Positions 46,923 to 57,532 of a stretch of 64,000 nt of DNA are shown piece by piece. The DNA lies in contig CAXXFK010000015.1 of the NCBI GenBank assembly GCA_963663965.2, positions 235,415-299,414 on the forward strand. Direction: 5' to 3'. The stretch's first letter is position 1. Every line of letters begins with the position of its first letter. Position numbers and translations under genes: made by a program. Under the pieces are notes generated by a model. The model searched no databases, was not told where the DNA came from, and saw only the letters and a program-made list of their open reading frames with translations. Source of the DNA: Sedimentisphaerales bacterium. Lineage in GTDB: Bacteria > Planctomycetota > Phycisphaerae > Sedimentisphaerales > SM23-30.

Positions 46923-48233
46923 ATGAGTCGTTCTAAGCAACCCAATCGTCGCCAGTTTATTCAGGGTCTGGCTGGCTCGGCAATAGCCGCGGCTTTATTT
47001 CCAACCGTTTTGCCTTCCAAAGTGATAGCGGCGGGCCCCCGGCTCCCCAGTAACAAAATCGTCATGGGGGCTATCGGCTGTGGCTCAATGGGGTGCGGTG
47101 ATATTAATGGATTAACCAGCAAATCTCAGGTCTATATGGTTGCCTTGTGCGATGTAGATTCAAATCACGCGGCCGAAGCAAAAAAAATCGTCGATAATCG
47201 CAACAAGAACCAGGACAGCCGTATCTATAAAGATTACCGTGAAATGCTGGCCGTCGAAAAACTGGACGCCATCTGCCACGCCCTGCCCGACCATTGGCAC
47301 GGCATTATCTCGGTTGCATGCGCCCGGGCAGGTTGTGATATCTACGGTCAGAAACCTCTGGCACGGACAATTGAAGAAGGCCGGGCAATCTGTAACGCCG
47401 TTAAACACTATGGTCGCATCTGGCAAACCGGCAGTTGGCAACGCTCCGTAGAAAACTTTCGCAAAGCCAGCGAATTAGTGATAAACAGTCGCATCGGCAC
47501 AGTAAAATATGTCGAGGTAGGATTACCCGATGGCGGCGGAAGTGGGAATTTTCAGCAAAAATCTATTCCAGACAATCTCGATTATAATATGTGGCTGGGA
47601 CCCGCTCCCTGGCGGCCCTATACTGGTTTTGGTAACGGCACCATCCACTGGGACTGGCGCTGGATAATGGATTATAGCGGTGGACAACTCACCGACTGGG
47701 CAGGACATCATATCGATATCGCACATTGGGGCCTGGGACTCGATTATGCCGGACCAGTCGAAATCGAAGGAGTCGGCGAATATCCCAAGGATGGCACCTA
47801 TAACGTTCCCACGAAATACAAATGCCGTTGCAAGTATGCCAACGGAGTGGAAATGGTGGTCGCCAATGCGTCCCAAAGCCCGCGCGGGATGGGAACGTGC
47901 TGGTACGGAGATAAAGGATGGATCCATGTCAGCCGTGGCGGATTATGGGCTTCTGACGACAGGATCCTTCAGGAACGTATCGCTCCCAGCGAAATCCAGC
48001 TCTACCAGAGCAAAGATCATTATCAGAATTTCCTTGATTGCATAATCACCCGTCAGGAAACGATTACTCCGGCTGAAATCGCCCATCGCTCCATCAGTGT
48101 CGGATTACTTTGTGAAATCGCTATGCTGACGGGAAGAAAGTTGAACTGGGATCCGCAAAAGGAACGCTTCATCAACGATCCTCAGGCGGACAATTATCTC
48201 AGGCGCACTTTCCGAAGTCCCTGGCATCTATAA
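46923..48233 (+). CDS. Tat-exported Gfo/Idh/MocA oxidoreductase
   Basis: NRRQF; PDHWH, QKP, DWAGHH. Confidence 0.9.
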   Translation: MSRSKQPNRRQFIQGLAGSAIAAALFPTVLPSKVIAAGPRLPSNKIVMGAIGCGSMGCGDINGLTSKSQVYMVALCDVDSNHAAEAKKIVDNRNKNQDSRIYKDYREMLAVEKLDAICHALPDHWHGIISVACARAGCDIYGQKPLARTIEEGRAICNAVKHYGRIWQTGSWQRSVENFRKASELVINSRIGTVKYVEVGLPDGGGSGNFQQKSIPDNLDYNMWLGPAPWRPYTGFGNGTIHWDWRWIMDYSGGQLTDWAGHHIDIAHWGLGLDYAGPVEIEGVGEYPKDGTYNVPTKYKCRCKYANGVEMVVANASQSPRGMGTCWYGDKGWIHVSRGGLWASDDRILQERIAPSEIQLYQSKDHYQNFLDCIITRQETITPAEIAHRSISVGLLCEIAMLTGRKLNWDPQKERFINDPQADNYLRRTFRSPWHL

Positions 48234-48282
48234 ATAGAATCATATGAGATTAAATACATCAATTTATTGAAAGGCTGGCAAA

Positions 48283-51087
48283 ATGAGTACCTTTAAAAAC
48301 AAAGCCGTTCTTTTCGTCATCCTCAGTGCTTTGACGATGTTATCCGCTGGCCGCTTACCAGCCCAGAACATCAATCCTCAGCATCTCGATAACATCCGTA
48401 ACGCGATGCCCGATAAATCGCCGGTTAATCCTCAGAAACCGCGCATGGTGCTGTCCTTTGACCTGAGTAAAGGCTTTCAGCACGGCTCGATTCCCTACTG
48501 TGCGGCCATGCTCGATATCATGGCGGAAAAAACCGGCGCCTTTAAGGTGACTCATAGCGAAGACATGAATGTATTCCGTGCTGAAAATCTGGCAAAATAC
48601 GATGCCGTCATATTCAACAATACGACCCGGTTGCAAATGGATGACCCGGCCCAGCGCAAAGGTCTGATGGACTTTATCAATAGCGGCAAAGGGATCATCG
48701 GTATCCACGCGGCCACCGATAATTTTTATACCTGGCCGGAAGCGGCCGAAATGATGGGAGGCCAGTTCGATGGTCATCCCTGGGTAGGCGGCGGTACCTG
48801 GGCGGTGCAGATCGACAAGCCGGACCACCCTTTCAACAAATCCTTTGCCGGCAAGGGCTTCAAGATCAAAGAAGAACTGTACCGCAGCAAAGGCTATTCC
48901 CGCACGCGCGTTCAGGTTCTGGTTGGACTGGACTTCAGCGATGAAGCAACCGCCCAGGCGGATGGCAGACGTCCTACGGATAAGGATGTCGCGATCAGTT
49001 GGATCCGTAATTATGGCAAAGGCAGGGTGTTCTATTGCTCATTCGGACATAACTCTGAAATCTACTGGAACAAAGCCATTCTGGCACATTACCTGGCCGG
49101 CATTCAGTTTGCCCTGGGCGATTATGCCATCGATGCAACCGCCGATGTGCCGCGCACCCTGAAGCAGATTGCCCAATACCAAGAAGGCCAGAGCCGGGCC
49201 GCTCAATATGAATTGGAAACCTATATTCGCTATATCACTGGTTTGCCCGAAGAAATGAAGGCTTACGAACAGGAAATGCTCAAAACTCTGGCCGGACCTA
49301 TCACCCCCGAAGGCCGCGATGTAATCTGTCGCATGCTTAGCCTGATTGGCAGTGAAGCGTCTGTAGACGCTTTGGGGACTCTGCTGCTAGACCCGCAAAC
49401 CAGCGACGTTGCCCGCTATGCGCTTGAGCGTATCGAAGGCGAACGGGTCAACTCACTGTTCCTTTCCGGCTTGAATCAAGCGCCGGATAGCGTCAAAATT
49501 GGTATTATCAACTCACTGGGCGTACGTCGTTGCGAAAAAGCCGTCTCCCAGATAGCGCCTCTGATGAGCAAGGATAACAATCAAATAAAAACGGCGGTAA
49601 TCGAAGCCCTCGGTACCATCGGCAACCAGCAAGCGATTGACATCCTGAAAAAACAAAATGTGTCTTCAGACACGAATACCTTGCTGATTCAGGATGCCTT
49701 AATTCGCGCCGCTGACGCCCAGACTTCATCAGGCAAAACCGATGTGGCAAGCGGCATATACCGAGAACTGGTTAAATCTACCCTTCCTTCTATTCGTTGC
49801 GCCTCATTGAAAGGACTGGCTCAAGTTGATAAAGATTCGGTCTCTTTGATTACCAACGCCTTGTCTGATCCCGATCCCTCAGTCATCTCCGTGGCGATCA
49901 CATTAAGCCGTTCAGTATCCAGCCCATCCATGACTCAGGCCCTGGTGGCGGCCTTGGGTAAAGTCGATCCCCTGTTCCAGGTCCAGATCCTGGCGGCTTT
50001 GTCCGATCGTGGCGATAAATCCGCGTTGCCGGCCGTTTCAGATGTGGCGCGCACCGCGGAAGGCGATGTCAAAATCCAGGCGATTCGCGCTCTGGAAAAG
50101 CTTGGCAATGCATCCATCGTACCCATGCTGGCGGATATGGCCGCCAAAGGGGCTCCGCAATATCGCGGTATCGTTTCTGAAACGTTAATCCGGATTCCCG
50201 GTCCGAATATCAATCCTGCGATCGTTAACTTGCTTGAGAACGCTGATGACAACGTTAAAGTGGTATTGATTCGCGCCCTGGCTGATCGTCTGGTTGACAA
50301 CGCGGTCCCCCACCTGCTCAGGGAAACCGCGAGCAATAATGCCTCTGTGGCATCAGAAGCCTTTAAAGCGTTGAAAGTTCTTGCCAAACCGGACCATCTA
50401 CCCTTGATCATCGGGCGGATGGTCCAGACCCGGTCAAATAACGTCCGCGATGAAGCCGGACGGACAGTAGCATCCTTATCCGGTAATAGCTGTTCAGATG
50501 TTTTAAAAGCCTGGGCTCAGAATCCTTCCCCTGAAGTCAAATGCTCATTAATTAAGGTACTCGGATTAATTGGATCCAATCAGGGCTTACCGACCTTACA
50601 AGCGGCGCTGAATGACTCCAATAATAACATCCAGATTGAAGCGATTAGAGCGCTAAGTTCCTGGCCTGATGCCTCGCCACTCGGTGATTTGCTCAAAATT
50701 GTTGATAGTTCCAGCAACAATACCGCGGTCATCCTGGCCATACGGGGCGCGGCCGGACTTCTGGTAAAAGACAACAATAAAAGTCCACAGGAAAAAGTCG
50801 ATCTCTATCGCAAGCTTTTTGATAAGACCGATAACAACGATACTCGAAAACAGATCCTAGGAAGCCTGGGCACAATTGGGCATACCAGCGGCCTCGAGAT
50901 GGCCTGTGCCTGTCTTGATGATGCCAATTTGCAATCAGAAGCTGCTCAAGCCGTTATTGATATAGCGGATCGTGTCCGCGGCCAGAATGGCAATGAAGCA
51001 AAAAATGCTTTAAACCTTGTAATTTCTAAGATTAATAACGATAATCTCAGAAATAAAGCCAAAGATGTGCTAAACAAAATCAAGTAA
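48283..51087 (+). CDS. Exported ThuA-like domain + HEAT repeat protein
   Basis: Signal peptide; GFQHGSI, GIHAA, GRVFYCSFGH; long helical repeats. Confidence 0.85.
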   Translation: MSTFKNKAVLFVILSALTMLSAGRLPAQNINPQHLDNIRNAMPDKSPVNPQKPRMVLSFDLSKGFQHGSIPYCAAMLDIMAEKTGAFKVTHSEDMNVFRAENLAKYDAVIFNNTTRLQMDDPAQRKGLMDFINSGKGIIGIHAATDNFYTWPEAAEMMGGQFDGHPWVGGGTWAVQIDKPDHPFNKSFAGKGFKIKEELYRSKGYSRTRVQVLVGLDFSDEATAQADGRRPTDKDVAISWIRNYGKGRVFYCSFGHNSEIYWNKAILAHYLAGIQFALGDYAIDATADVPRTLKQIAQYQEGQSRAAQYELETYIRYITGLPEEMKAYEQEMLKTLAGPITPEGRDVICRMLSLIGSEASVDALGTLLLDPQTSDVARYALERIEGERVNSLFLSGLNQAPDSVKIGIINSLGVRRCEKAVSQIAPLMSKDNNQIKTAVIEALGTIGNQQAIDILKKQNVSSDTNTLLIQDALIRAADAQTSSGKTDVASGIYRELVKSTLPSIRCASLKGLAQVDKDSVSLITNALSDPDPSVISVAITLSRSVSSPSMTQALVAALGKVDPLFQVQILAALSDRGDKSALPAVSDVARTAEGDVKIQAIRALEKLGNASIVPMLADMAAKGAPQYRGIVSETLIRIPGPNINPAIVNLLENADDNVKVVLIRALADRLVDNAVPHLLRETASNNASVASEAFKALKVLAKPDHLPLIIGRMVQTRSNNVRDEAGRTVASLSGNSCSDVLKAWAQNPSPEVKCSLIKVLGLIGSNQGLPTLQAALNDSNNNIQIEAIRALSSWPDASPLGDLLKIVDSSSNNTAVILAIRGAAGLLVKDNNKSPQEKVDLYRKLFDKTDNNDTRKQILGSLGTIGHTSGLEMACACLDDANLQSEAAQAVIDIADRVRGQNGNEAKNALNLVISKINNDNLRNKAKDVLNKIK

Positions 51088-51120
51088 CCCGTTCAATTAA
51101 TTTCTTGGAGATTTTATCTG

Positions 51121-52461
51121 ATGAATTTTGACACCATGGATCGTAGATCGTTTTTACAGGGTACCGCTGCGTTGGGCGCGGGACTCATGCTGGGACAGAC
51201 CGCTACAGGGCAAAGTAATTCTGATACCATCAACATTGCTCTGCTCGGTGCCGGCGCTCAAGGCAAAGTTTTAATGAATGCCATCTTAAATATGAAAAAT
51301 CCCAATATCCGTTTCCAGGCTGTCTGCGATATTTGGAAAGATTATAATCTTAAACTGGTCAGCGCCACCTTGAAAGCTTACAAACATAAAGCCACTCCTT
51401 ATACTGACTACCAGGAAATGCTTGATAAGGAGGAACTGGACGCCGTAATCATCGCTACTCCGGACTTCTGGCATGCAGAACACGCCATCGCTTGCTTGAA
51501 CAAGAAACTGCATGTCTATTGCGAAAAGGAAATGAGCAACAGTCTCGAAAAAGCCAAAGAGATGGTGCTTGCTTCACGCAGCAATGAGAGGCTCCTCCAG
51601 ATCGGTCACCAGCGCCGTAGTAATCCGCGCTATCGTTTCTGCTATGATAACATCATTAAAGAAGCTAAAATGCTTGGCCATATCACCACGATTAATGGCC
51701 AGTGGAACCGTAGCCGTCAAGCCTGCGTCGATATCGAACTGAATCCAAAACTGGCCTCTATCGCCATTGATGAAGCGACCCTTAACAAGTACGGCTTCAA
51801 ATCCATGAAACAATACCTTAACTGGCGCTGGTACAAAGGTCTGGGCGGTGGTCCGATTGTTGACCTGGGTTCCCACCAGATCGATATCTATGCCTGGTTC
51901 CTCGATGCACAACCTCGCTCTGTAATGGCCAGTGGGGGCACCGATTACTGGACCGATCATGAATGGTACGACAACGTAATTGCTATCTATGAATTCCCCA
52001 CCAAAGAAGGTATTGTTCGCGCGTCCTACCAGACCATTACCACCAATAGCGCCGGCGGCTACTTTGAGCAATTCATGGGGGATGAAGGCACCTTGGAGAT
52101 TTCTGAAGCTGCCGCTCGCGGTAATGTATACCGGGAAGCCAGTGTGCCAGAAGATAATTGGAAACCCTGGGTCGCCAAAGGTTTTGTCAACCAACCCGTT
52201 AAAGTTGAAAAAATCGAAGCCGTCAAAGGTGAAGATTCCCGTAGTTCACCGAAACCCCAGCCTTACACCTTACCCATTACGCTGGACAAACCCTTCCACC
52301 AACCGCACCTGGAAAACTTCTTCGATGCCATCCATGGTAAAGCCAAACTCAACTGCCCCGGTGAAATCGGCTACGAAACCGCTGCCATGGTCCTCAAAGT
52401 CAATGAAGCGGTGGCCAAAGGGTGTAAACTGGATTTTAAACCCGATGAATTCCATGTATAA
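51121..52461 (+). CDS. Tat-exported Gfo/Idh/MocA oxidoreductase
   Basis: DRRSF; PDFWH, CEK, DLGSHQ. Confidence 0.9.
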   Translation: MNFDTMDRRSFLQGTAALGAGLMLGQTATGQSNSDTINIALLGAGAQGKVLMNAILNMKNPNIRFQAVCDIWKDYNLKLVSATLKAYKHKATPYTDYQEMLDKEELDAVIIATPDFWHAEHAIACLNKKLHVYCEKEMSNSLEKAKEMVLASRSNERLLQIGHQRRSNPRYRFCYDNIIKEAKMLGHITTINGQWNRSRQACVDIELNPKLASIAIDEATLNKYGFKSMKQYLNWRWYKGLGGGPIVDLGSHQIDIYAWFLDAQPRSVMASGGTDYWTDHEWYDNVIAIYEFPTKEGIVRASYQTITTNSAGGYFEQFMGDEGTLEISEAAARGNVYREASVPEDNWKPWVAKGFVNQPVKVEKIEAVKGEDSRSSPKPQPYTLPITLDKPFHQPHLENFFDAIHGKAKLNCPGEIGYETAAMVLKVNEAVAKGCKLDFKPDEFHV

Positions 52462-52483
52462 TCTCTTGTAATTTAATTTGTTA

Positions 52484-52515
52484 CAGAGGGCAGGCCCTGT
52501 CTGCCCTCTTTTTTT
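52484..52515 (+). terminator. Intrinsic terminator
   Basis: AGAGGGGCAG/CTGCCCCTCT followed by a T-run. Confidence 0.75.
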
Positions 52516-52692
52516 ACTCAGTATTTTATTTTTATTGATAACAATAAGAGGTTATCATTATAATCCCTTGTTCTGTCAGGAATTATACTCGACATTCTTT
52601 AAAACTCTGTTATAGTGTCGTGTTATGTTTTGTAAATCTGGGTTCCTTCCAGATCTTCATGTGTGTTTGTTACTCTGTGTTAAGGAAGTAAA

Positions 52693-55023
52693 ATGTTGTA
52701 CAAGTTACGCATCGCCAGAGGGTGTGCATTTCTGCTTTGTCTATTGGTCATTCACAACTTCGCTTACAGCCAGGAACTGCTGGGCGATGGCAATGATGGC
52801 AACCGCACCAGCCCGATTCATCTGATTCCGTTGCTTGACGAAGATGGCAACGAAATCGATCCCGCCAGTGAAACTCCGGTCCCCTTTTCGATCAAAAAGA
52901 CATGTGGCAAATGCCATAATTATGATGAAATCTCCAAAGGCTGGCATTTTAATGGCGCCATGAACTCTGTCGATCCAGGTCGACCCGGTCAGCCATGGGT
53001 TATCCAGGATAACAAATTACGCATTCAATTACCAGTTGGTCGCAACTGGAAAGGTTGTTATTCCGCTGAAGATTTGGGTATTGGTCCGTGGGATTACACC
53101 ACCTTATTTGGCTCGCATTATCCCGGCGGCGGCTATGCTGAAACACCCGATGTAGACAATCCGCAAGCGATGCTTAAGGGTATGGTCGCAGGGGCAATGG
53201 AGATCAACTGTTTTGCCTGCCATAGTGGTGATCCTCAACAGGATCAATCCTTGGCGGCCTTGATGATTTATGAACAAAATTACAAATGGGCTCCTGTTGC
53301 CTCATGCGGATTGGCTGATATCCAGGGTTCCGTAAAGGGTATGCCCATCACTTTTGATCCAATCCTGGATGATCCCCCCGTTAAAATGACCTACCGAAAA
53401 GAAAAATTCGATCACGCCAACCGGGTCTTTTTCGATCTCAAACGCAGCCCGATTGCTGAACGTTGCTATTTCTGTCATTCCAACGAATCGCAAGCCAAAT
53501 CAGGTGAAAAAGGCTGGACTTGCGATCAGGACATCCATTTAACCTCAGGCATGACCTGTACCGATTGCCATCGCAACGGCCTGAATCACATGATCAGCCG
53601 GGGTGACGCTTCATCGGGTACGGACCGCAAACCGGTCGAAATGGAAACCCTCACCTGCGAAGGGTGTCACTATGGCGATGATCGCGAAAAACTATCCGGC
53701 GGCCGCCTGAGCGCCCCCAAACCGGCCCACGTCGGCTTGCCAATCGTCCATTTCGAGGAATTGACCTGTACCGCCTGCCATAGCGGCCCGGTCCCCCATG
53801 ACCAAGCCGATCTGGTTCGAACCTCGCGTATGCACAAAACCGGTCTGCATGGCAAGCATGGCTCTCATCCCAGTCTGCCGCATGTTTCCTGGCCGGTGTT
53901 TATGCCCGATAGCGCCGATAAAATCGCGCCGCATAAACTCATGTGGCCGGCATTCTGGGGGACAAAAACCGGCGAGGCGGTTAAACCTCTAACATACGCC
54001 TTTATGAAAGAAAAACTGGAAGATCAATTATCCTCCCTGATCAAACAGGAAAAAGTCAATAACTGGCTTCCTCTATCCGAAGAACAAATCACCGAAGCCC
54101 TCAAATCGATTGCGGGCAGCCTTGATGCGGGCAGCAGCCCTGTTTATGTCGCCGGCGGCAAGGTCTTCGAATTGGCCGGCGATGGTGCCCTGTCAAGTGC
54201 CACCCATGAAGCCGCCCAACCCTTCGCCTGGCCGCTGGCCCACGATGTTCGACCCGCCCAGCAGGCGTTGGGCTCTAATGGTTGCAAAGACTGCCATACC
54301 AATGACGCGCCCATATTCTATGGCGAAATCGCGGTCGATACCCCCATCGTCGCCAGCCAGTCCGAAACCGTTGCTATGATCGATTTTATTGGCGAAGGAT
54401 TGTTCATCAAACTCTTCAATGCCTCGTTCGCCTTCCGGCCCATGCTGAAAATCCTCTGCTCCCTGATATGCCTGGCCCTGGTGGGATTATTGGCTGTTTA
54501 TGCCCTGCGCATGGTCGGCTGGATTACCCAGTTCATGACTGGCTCATGCCAACCAGCCCCCACCGCTGAAATCACCCCCCATCGGAACATCATCTACCAC
54601 GGATTGATGATCCTGGTCGCGCTGGGTTGCCTCGCGTCGCTGTTCGTTCTGGCGGCTACTGGATTCTACGCCTTGTTCATCGCCAAAGAACCCATGAGTG
54701 AGTTCCTCTTAATGATCCATGTCACTATGGCGCCCGTTTTCGCCGTCTGTCTCATGCTGCTGGCCTTCCGACTGGCCCATGCCAGCCAGTTCAAACTGAA
54801 CGATTGCTTCTTTGTTCTTCTCAAAAAGATTTGCTTCTGGGCCACCATCATCCTGGCCCTGCCCGTTATTCTCTCCATCATCTTAAGTATGGTTCCGTTA
54901 TTCGGTACCCCGGTGCAGGAATTCCTTTATCACCTGCACCAACTGGCTACCGTCCTAATCACTCTGACTCTAGCAGGCTATGGAATCTTGTTTTTCCTTA
55001 CCTCCAAAAAGAAAACCGTTTAA
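52693..55023 (+). CDS. Multiheme c-type cytochrome (7 CxxCH) with C-terminal membrane domain
   Basis: CGKCH, CFACH, CYFCH, CTDCH, CEGCH, CTACH, CKDCH; ~5 C-terminal TM helices, some with His. Confidence 0.85.
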   Translation: MLYKLRIARGCAFLLCLLVIHNFAYSQELLGDGNDGNRTSPIHLIPLLDEDGNEIDPASETPVPFSIKKTCGKCHNYDEISKGWHFNGAMNSVDPGRPGQPWVIQDNKLRIQLPVGRNWKGCYSAEDLGIGPWDYTTLFGSHYPGGGYAETPDVDNPQAMLKGMVAGAMEINCFACHSGDPQQDQSLAALMIYEQNYKWAPVASCGLADIQGSVKGMPITFDPILDDPPVKMTYRKEKFDHANRVFFDLKRSPIAERCYFCHSNESQAKSGEKGWTCDQDIHLTSGMTCTDCHRNGLNHMISRGDASSGTDRKPVEMETLTCEGCHYGDDREKLSGGRLSAPKPAHVGLPIVHFEELTCTACHSGPVPHDQADLVRTSRMHKTGLHGKHGSHPSLPHVSWPVFMPDSADKIAPHKLMWPAFWGTKTGEAVKPLTYAFMKEKLEDQLSSLIKQEKVNNWLPLSEEQITEALKSIAGSLDAGSSPVYVAGGKVFELAGDGALSSATHEAAQPFAWPLAHDVRPAQQALGSNGCKDCHTNDAPIFYGEIAVDTPIVASQSETVAMIDFIGEGLFIKLFNASFAFRPMLKILCSLICLALVGLLAVYALRMVGWITQFMTGSCQPAPTAEITPHRNIIYHGLMILVALGCLASLFVLAATGFYALFIAKEPMSEFLLMIHVTMAPVFAVCLMLLAFRLAHASQFKLNDCFFVLLKKICFWATIILALPVILSIILSMVPLFGTPVQEFLYHLHQLATVLITLTLAGYGILFFLTSKKKTV

Positions 55024-55058
55024 TGATTTAGTCACAGGGACTTTGTCAGGAGATTCAC

Positions 55059-56405
55059 ATGAGTAACTCAAATTTACCCGCGTATCTGAAATCCGCCACC
55101 CCCAACCCCCAGCAAAATCGGGCCCCATGGCACAAAAACACCGCCCCGTCCTACGCCGGCATCTTTCTGTCCGTCCCATTTATGGCCGGTATGTTGGGCT
55201 CTCTGGCTTATGGTAGTGTCCTGGCCACCGTCATCGGTCTGGTAGTCGGCGCGCTATTCTGCTTTATCTTGTACTATGTACCAGGAAAACTTGGTATGAC
55301 AACCGGAATGCCCCTCTATGTAGTAGCCTCATCTACGTTTGGTTCTCAGGGCGGTATTCTTATGCCCGGCCTTCTGATGGGTGTTTTACAGATCGGGTGG
55401 CATGCCGTATTCACCATTACTGCGGCTAAATTTATTGTCCAGGCCCTGGGTATGGACGCTGCCATTGGGAGTGTGCAATTCTGGGTGATTTGTGGTATCT
55501 GGGGTATGGTCTTTGCGTTTGTCGGTGCCGTCGGTATCGGACTACTGGGCGCGCTTTCTACTTATCTACCGGTTCTTCCCTTAATTGCGATTATTATAGC
55601 CGGCTTTAATAATATGTCGGGAGTCGGCAAATTTACTGGCACAATCGAAGCCCCGGAAAATATTCCCGTCTTTGGTTTAGCTGTTTTTGCCGCCCTCCAG
55701 GCAGCCGCTGGCTTCTTTGCCACCGCCGGAGCGGCTGGCGCGGATTTTGCCATGAATAGCCGTAACGAAAAAGATGTGGTTATGGGTGGTTTTGTCGGCG
55801 TAACCCTGGCTGCCATCGTAGCCGGATTTTTTGCAATCCTGGCCATGGCCGGCGCGATGGGTAACGATCTGGAAGCTGTAAAAACCGCCGGTAACGGCGA
55901 TATGTTCATTGGTTCAATCGCCCAGGTGGGTTCACTGTCAGGTGTCATGTTCTGGGTCTTCGTAATCGCCTGTATTTGCCCAACTGGTTTCTGTGCCTTT
56001 CTGGCCGCCAACTCTTTCTCGACGATGTTCCCCTCCCTGCCTCGAATGGGTATGACCCTGGCTGCCGGTGTTGTCGGTGTTATTCTGGCTGCCACCGGGG
56101 TTGCCAATAACCTGATTGGCTTCTTCCTGATAATCGGCGCTTCTTTCGGGCCGATCTTGGGCGCAATGGTCGCTGATTATCTCCGTGGCGGCAAATGGGC
56201 CGGACCACGTGAAGGGATTAACTGGGCTGGCTATATTGCCTGGGCCGCCGGCTTCCTGGTGGGCATTTTAAATGTCTTTAACAAAGACTGGTCCTACGGC
56301 CTCGAAACCCTGATGTCCTTCATCGTCGGCCTGGCCGTTTATCTGATCCTGGCTGAAATGGGCCTTGAACCCAAAAAAGTGGAATTGCAATCTTCCGCTG
56401 CCTGA
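55059..56405 (+). CDS. NCS1/cytosine permease-like transporter
   Basis: ~12 hydrophobic segments; GMTTG.P...SSTFG..G, QIGW. Confidence 0.75.
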   Translation: MSNSNLPAYLKSATPNPQQNRAPWHKNTAPSYAGIFLSVPFMAGMLGSLAYGSVLATVIGLVVGALFCFILYYVPGKLGMTTGMPLYVVASSTFGSQGGILMPGLLMGVLQIGWHAVFTITAAKFIVQALGMDAAIGSVQFWVICGIWGMVFAFVGAVGIGLLGALSTYLPVLPLIAIIIAGFNNMSGVGKFTGTIEAPENIPVFGLAVFAALQAAAGFFATAGAAGADFAMNSRNEKDVVMGGFVGVTLAAIVAGFFAILAMAGAMGNDLEAVKTAGNGDMFIGSIAQVGSLSGVMFWVFVIACICPTGFCAFLAANSFSTMFPSLPRMGMTLAAGVVGVILAATGVANNLIGFFLIIGASFGPILGAMVADYLRGGKWAGPREGINWAGYIAWAAGFLVGILNVFNKDWSYGLETLMSFIVGLAVYLILAEMGLEPKKVELQSSAA

Positions 56406-56508
56406 TTCTCCTGGAAATTTGAAATAAAACGCCCATAATGGGCGTTTTATATTTATAGGTATATTAAAAAGAAAAGTTAATATTGTTTTATCACTGAGGA
56501 TTTTGACC

Positions 56509-57342
56509 ATGAAAAAATGTATCGTATTAATGAGTATCTTGCTTTTAATGATCTTGAACCTGACCTCCTGCAAAAAATCTACTGACTCGGACACTAAACC
56601 GGTGGACAATAATGGCGCAGGAACCCAGCAAAAAGCCCCGGAAGGCGATACCCAGTCTGTTACTCCCGATACAACCACTCCTGAAAAAACTGAAACTACC
56701 GAGCAGGCCGCCCCAACTGACACGACCGGCGGCGAGGCTCCCAAGGCCGCTCCGGGAATGGTTGCCCTGAATATCGAACTGCCCAATGCCGTATTCCGTG
56801 GCACCCCCACTAATTTGCAGGTTCCTAACCTGGAAAAACCTCTGGGCCGCCCTCGCGATCCTTTCTACGCTCCAGAAGGCACCGTTCTGGTTTCCAAAGG
56901 CAAACCGGTCATTGCTGAAGATCCGATCTTTGGTGAACTCTCTCTCATCACCGACGGCGACAAAGAAGCCGCCGATGGCTGCTATGTCGTTCTGGGCCCG
57001 ATGAAACAGGAAATCGTCATCGATCTGGAAGCCATGTACGAAATCTATGCGATTGTCGTTTGGCATTTCCATCAGCAACCCAGCGTTTATTATGATGTCA
57101 TTGCCCAGATTGGTGAAGATCCCGATTTCATCACATCCAAAATCGTATTCAACAATGACATCGACAACTCCGCCCAGATGGGTGTTGGTACCGATATGCA
57201 CTATATCGAAACCTCCGAAGGCAAGCTGATCGACGCCAAAGGTACCAAAGGCCGTTACGTCAAAATGGTTTCCGGCGGCAATAACGCCAACGACCTCAAC
57301 CATTACATCGAAGTGGAAGTCTGGGGCAAACCCGTCGAATAA
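56509..57342 (+). CDS. Lipoprotein with T/P-rich linker and discoidin-like domain, paralog 1
   Basis: Lipobox LTSC; ITDGDKE...GRYVK...EVEVWG. Confidence 0.8.
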   Translation: MKKCIVLMSILLLMILNLTSCKKSTDSDTKPVDNNGAGTQQKAPEGDTQSVTPDTTTPEKTETTEQAAPTDTTGGEAPKAAPGMVALNIELPNAVFRGTPTNLQVPNLEKPLGRPRDPFYAPEGTVLVSKGKPVIAEDPIFGELSLITDGDKEAADGCYVVLGPMKQEIVIDLEAMYEIYAIVVWHFHQQPSVYYDVIAQIGEDPDFITSKIVFNNDIDNSAQMGVGTDMHYIETSEGKLIDAKGTKGRYVKMVSGGNNANDLNHYIEVEVWGKPVE

Positions 57343-57532
57343 GGCTTGAAAGCAAATTTTGTATTCACCCGTCAATCAAAAGCCGGCGTGCTGAAAGGTA
57401 CTCCGGCTTTCTTTTTTAATAATGGTCAAAATGCTGAAACCAAAAATATTTATTCCTGTTGAAATGATTCCTGTGATAACCACGTTATTCTTATGGTAAA
57501 AAATCAAACTCTATTTATTAAGGATGGTTATC

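Noticed and set aside
54180..54205. DGALSSAT in the cytochrome as an ApbE flavinylation site
   Set aside because: It lacks the Gly of the [S/T]GA[S/T] consensus; too weak to claim.
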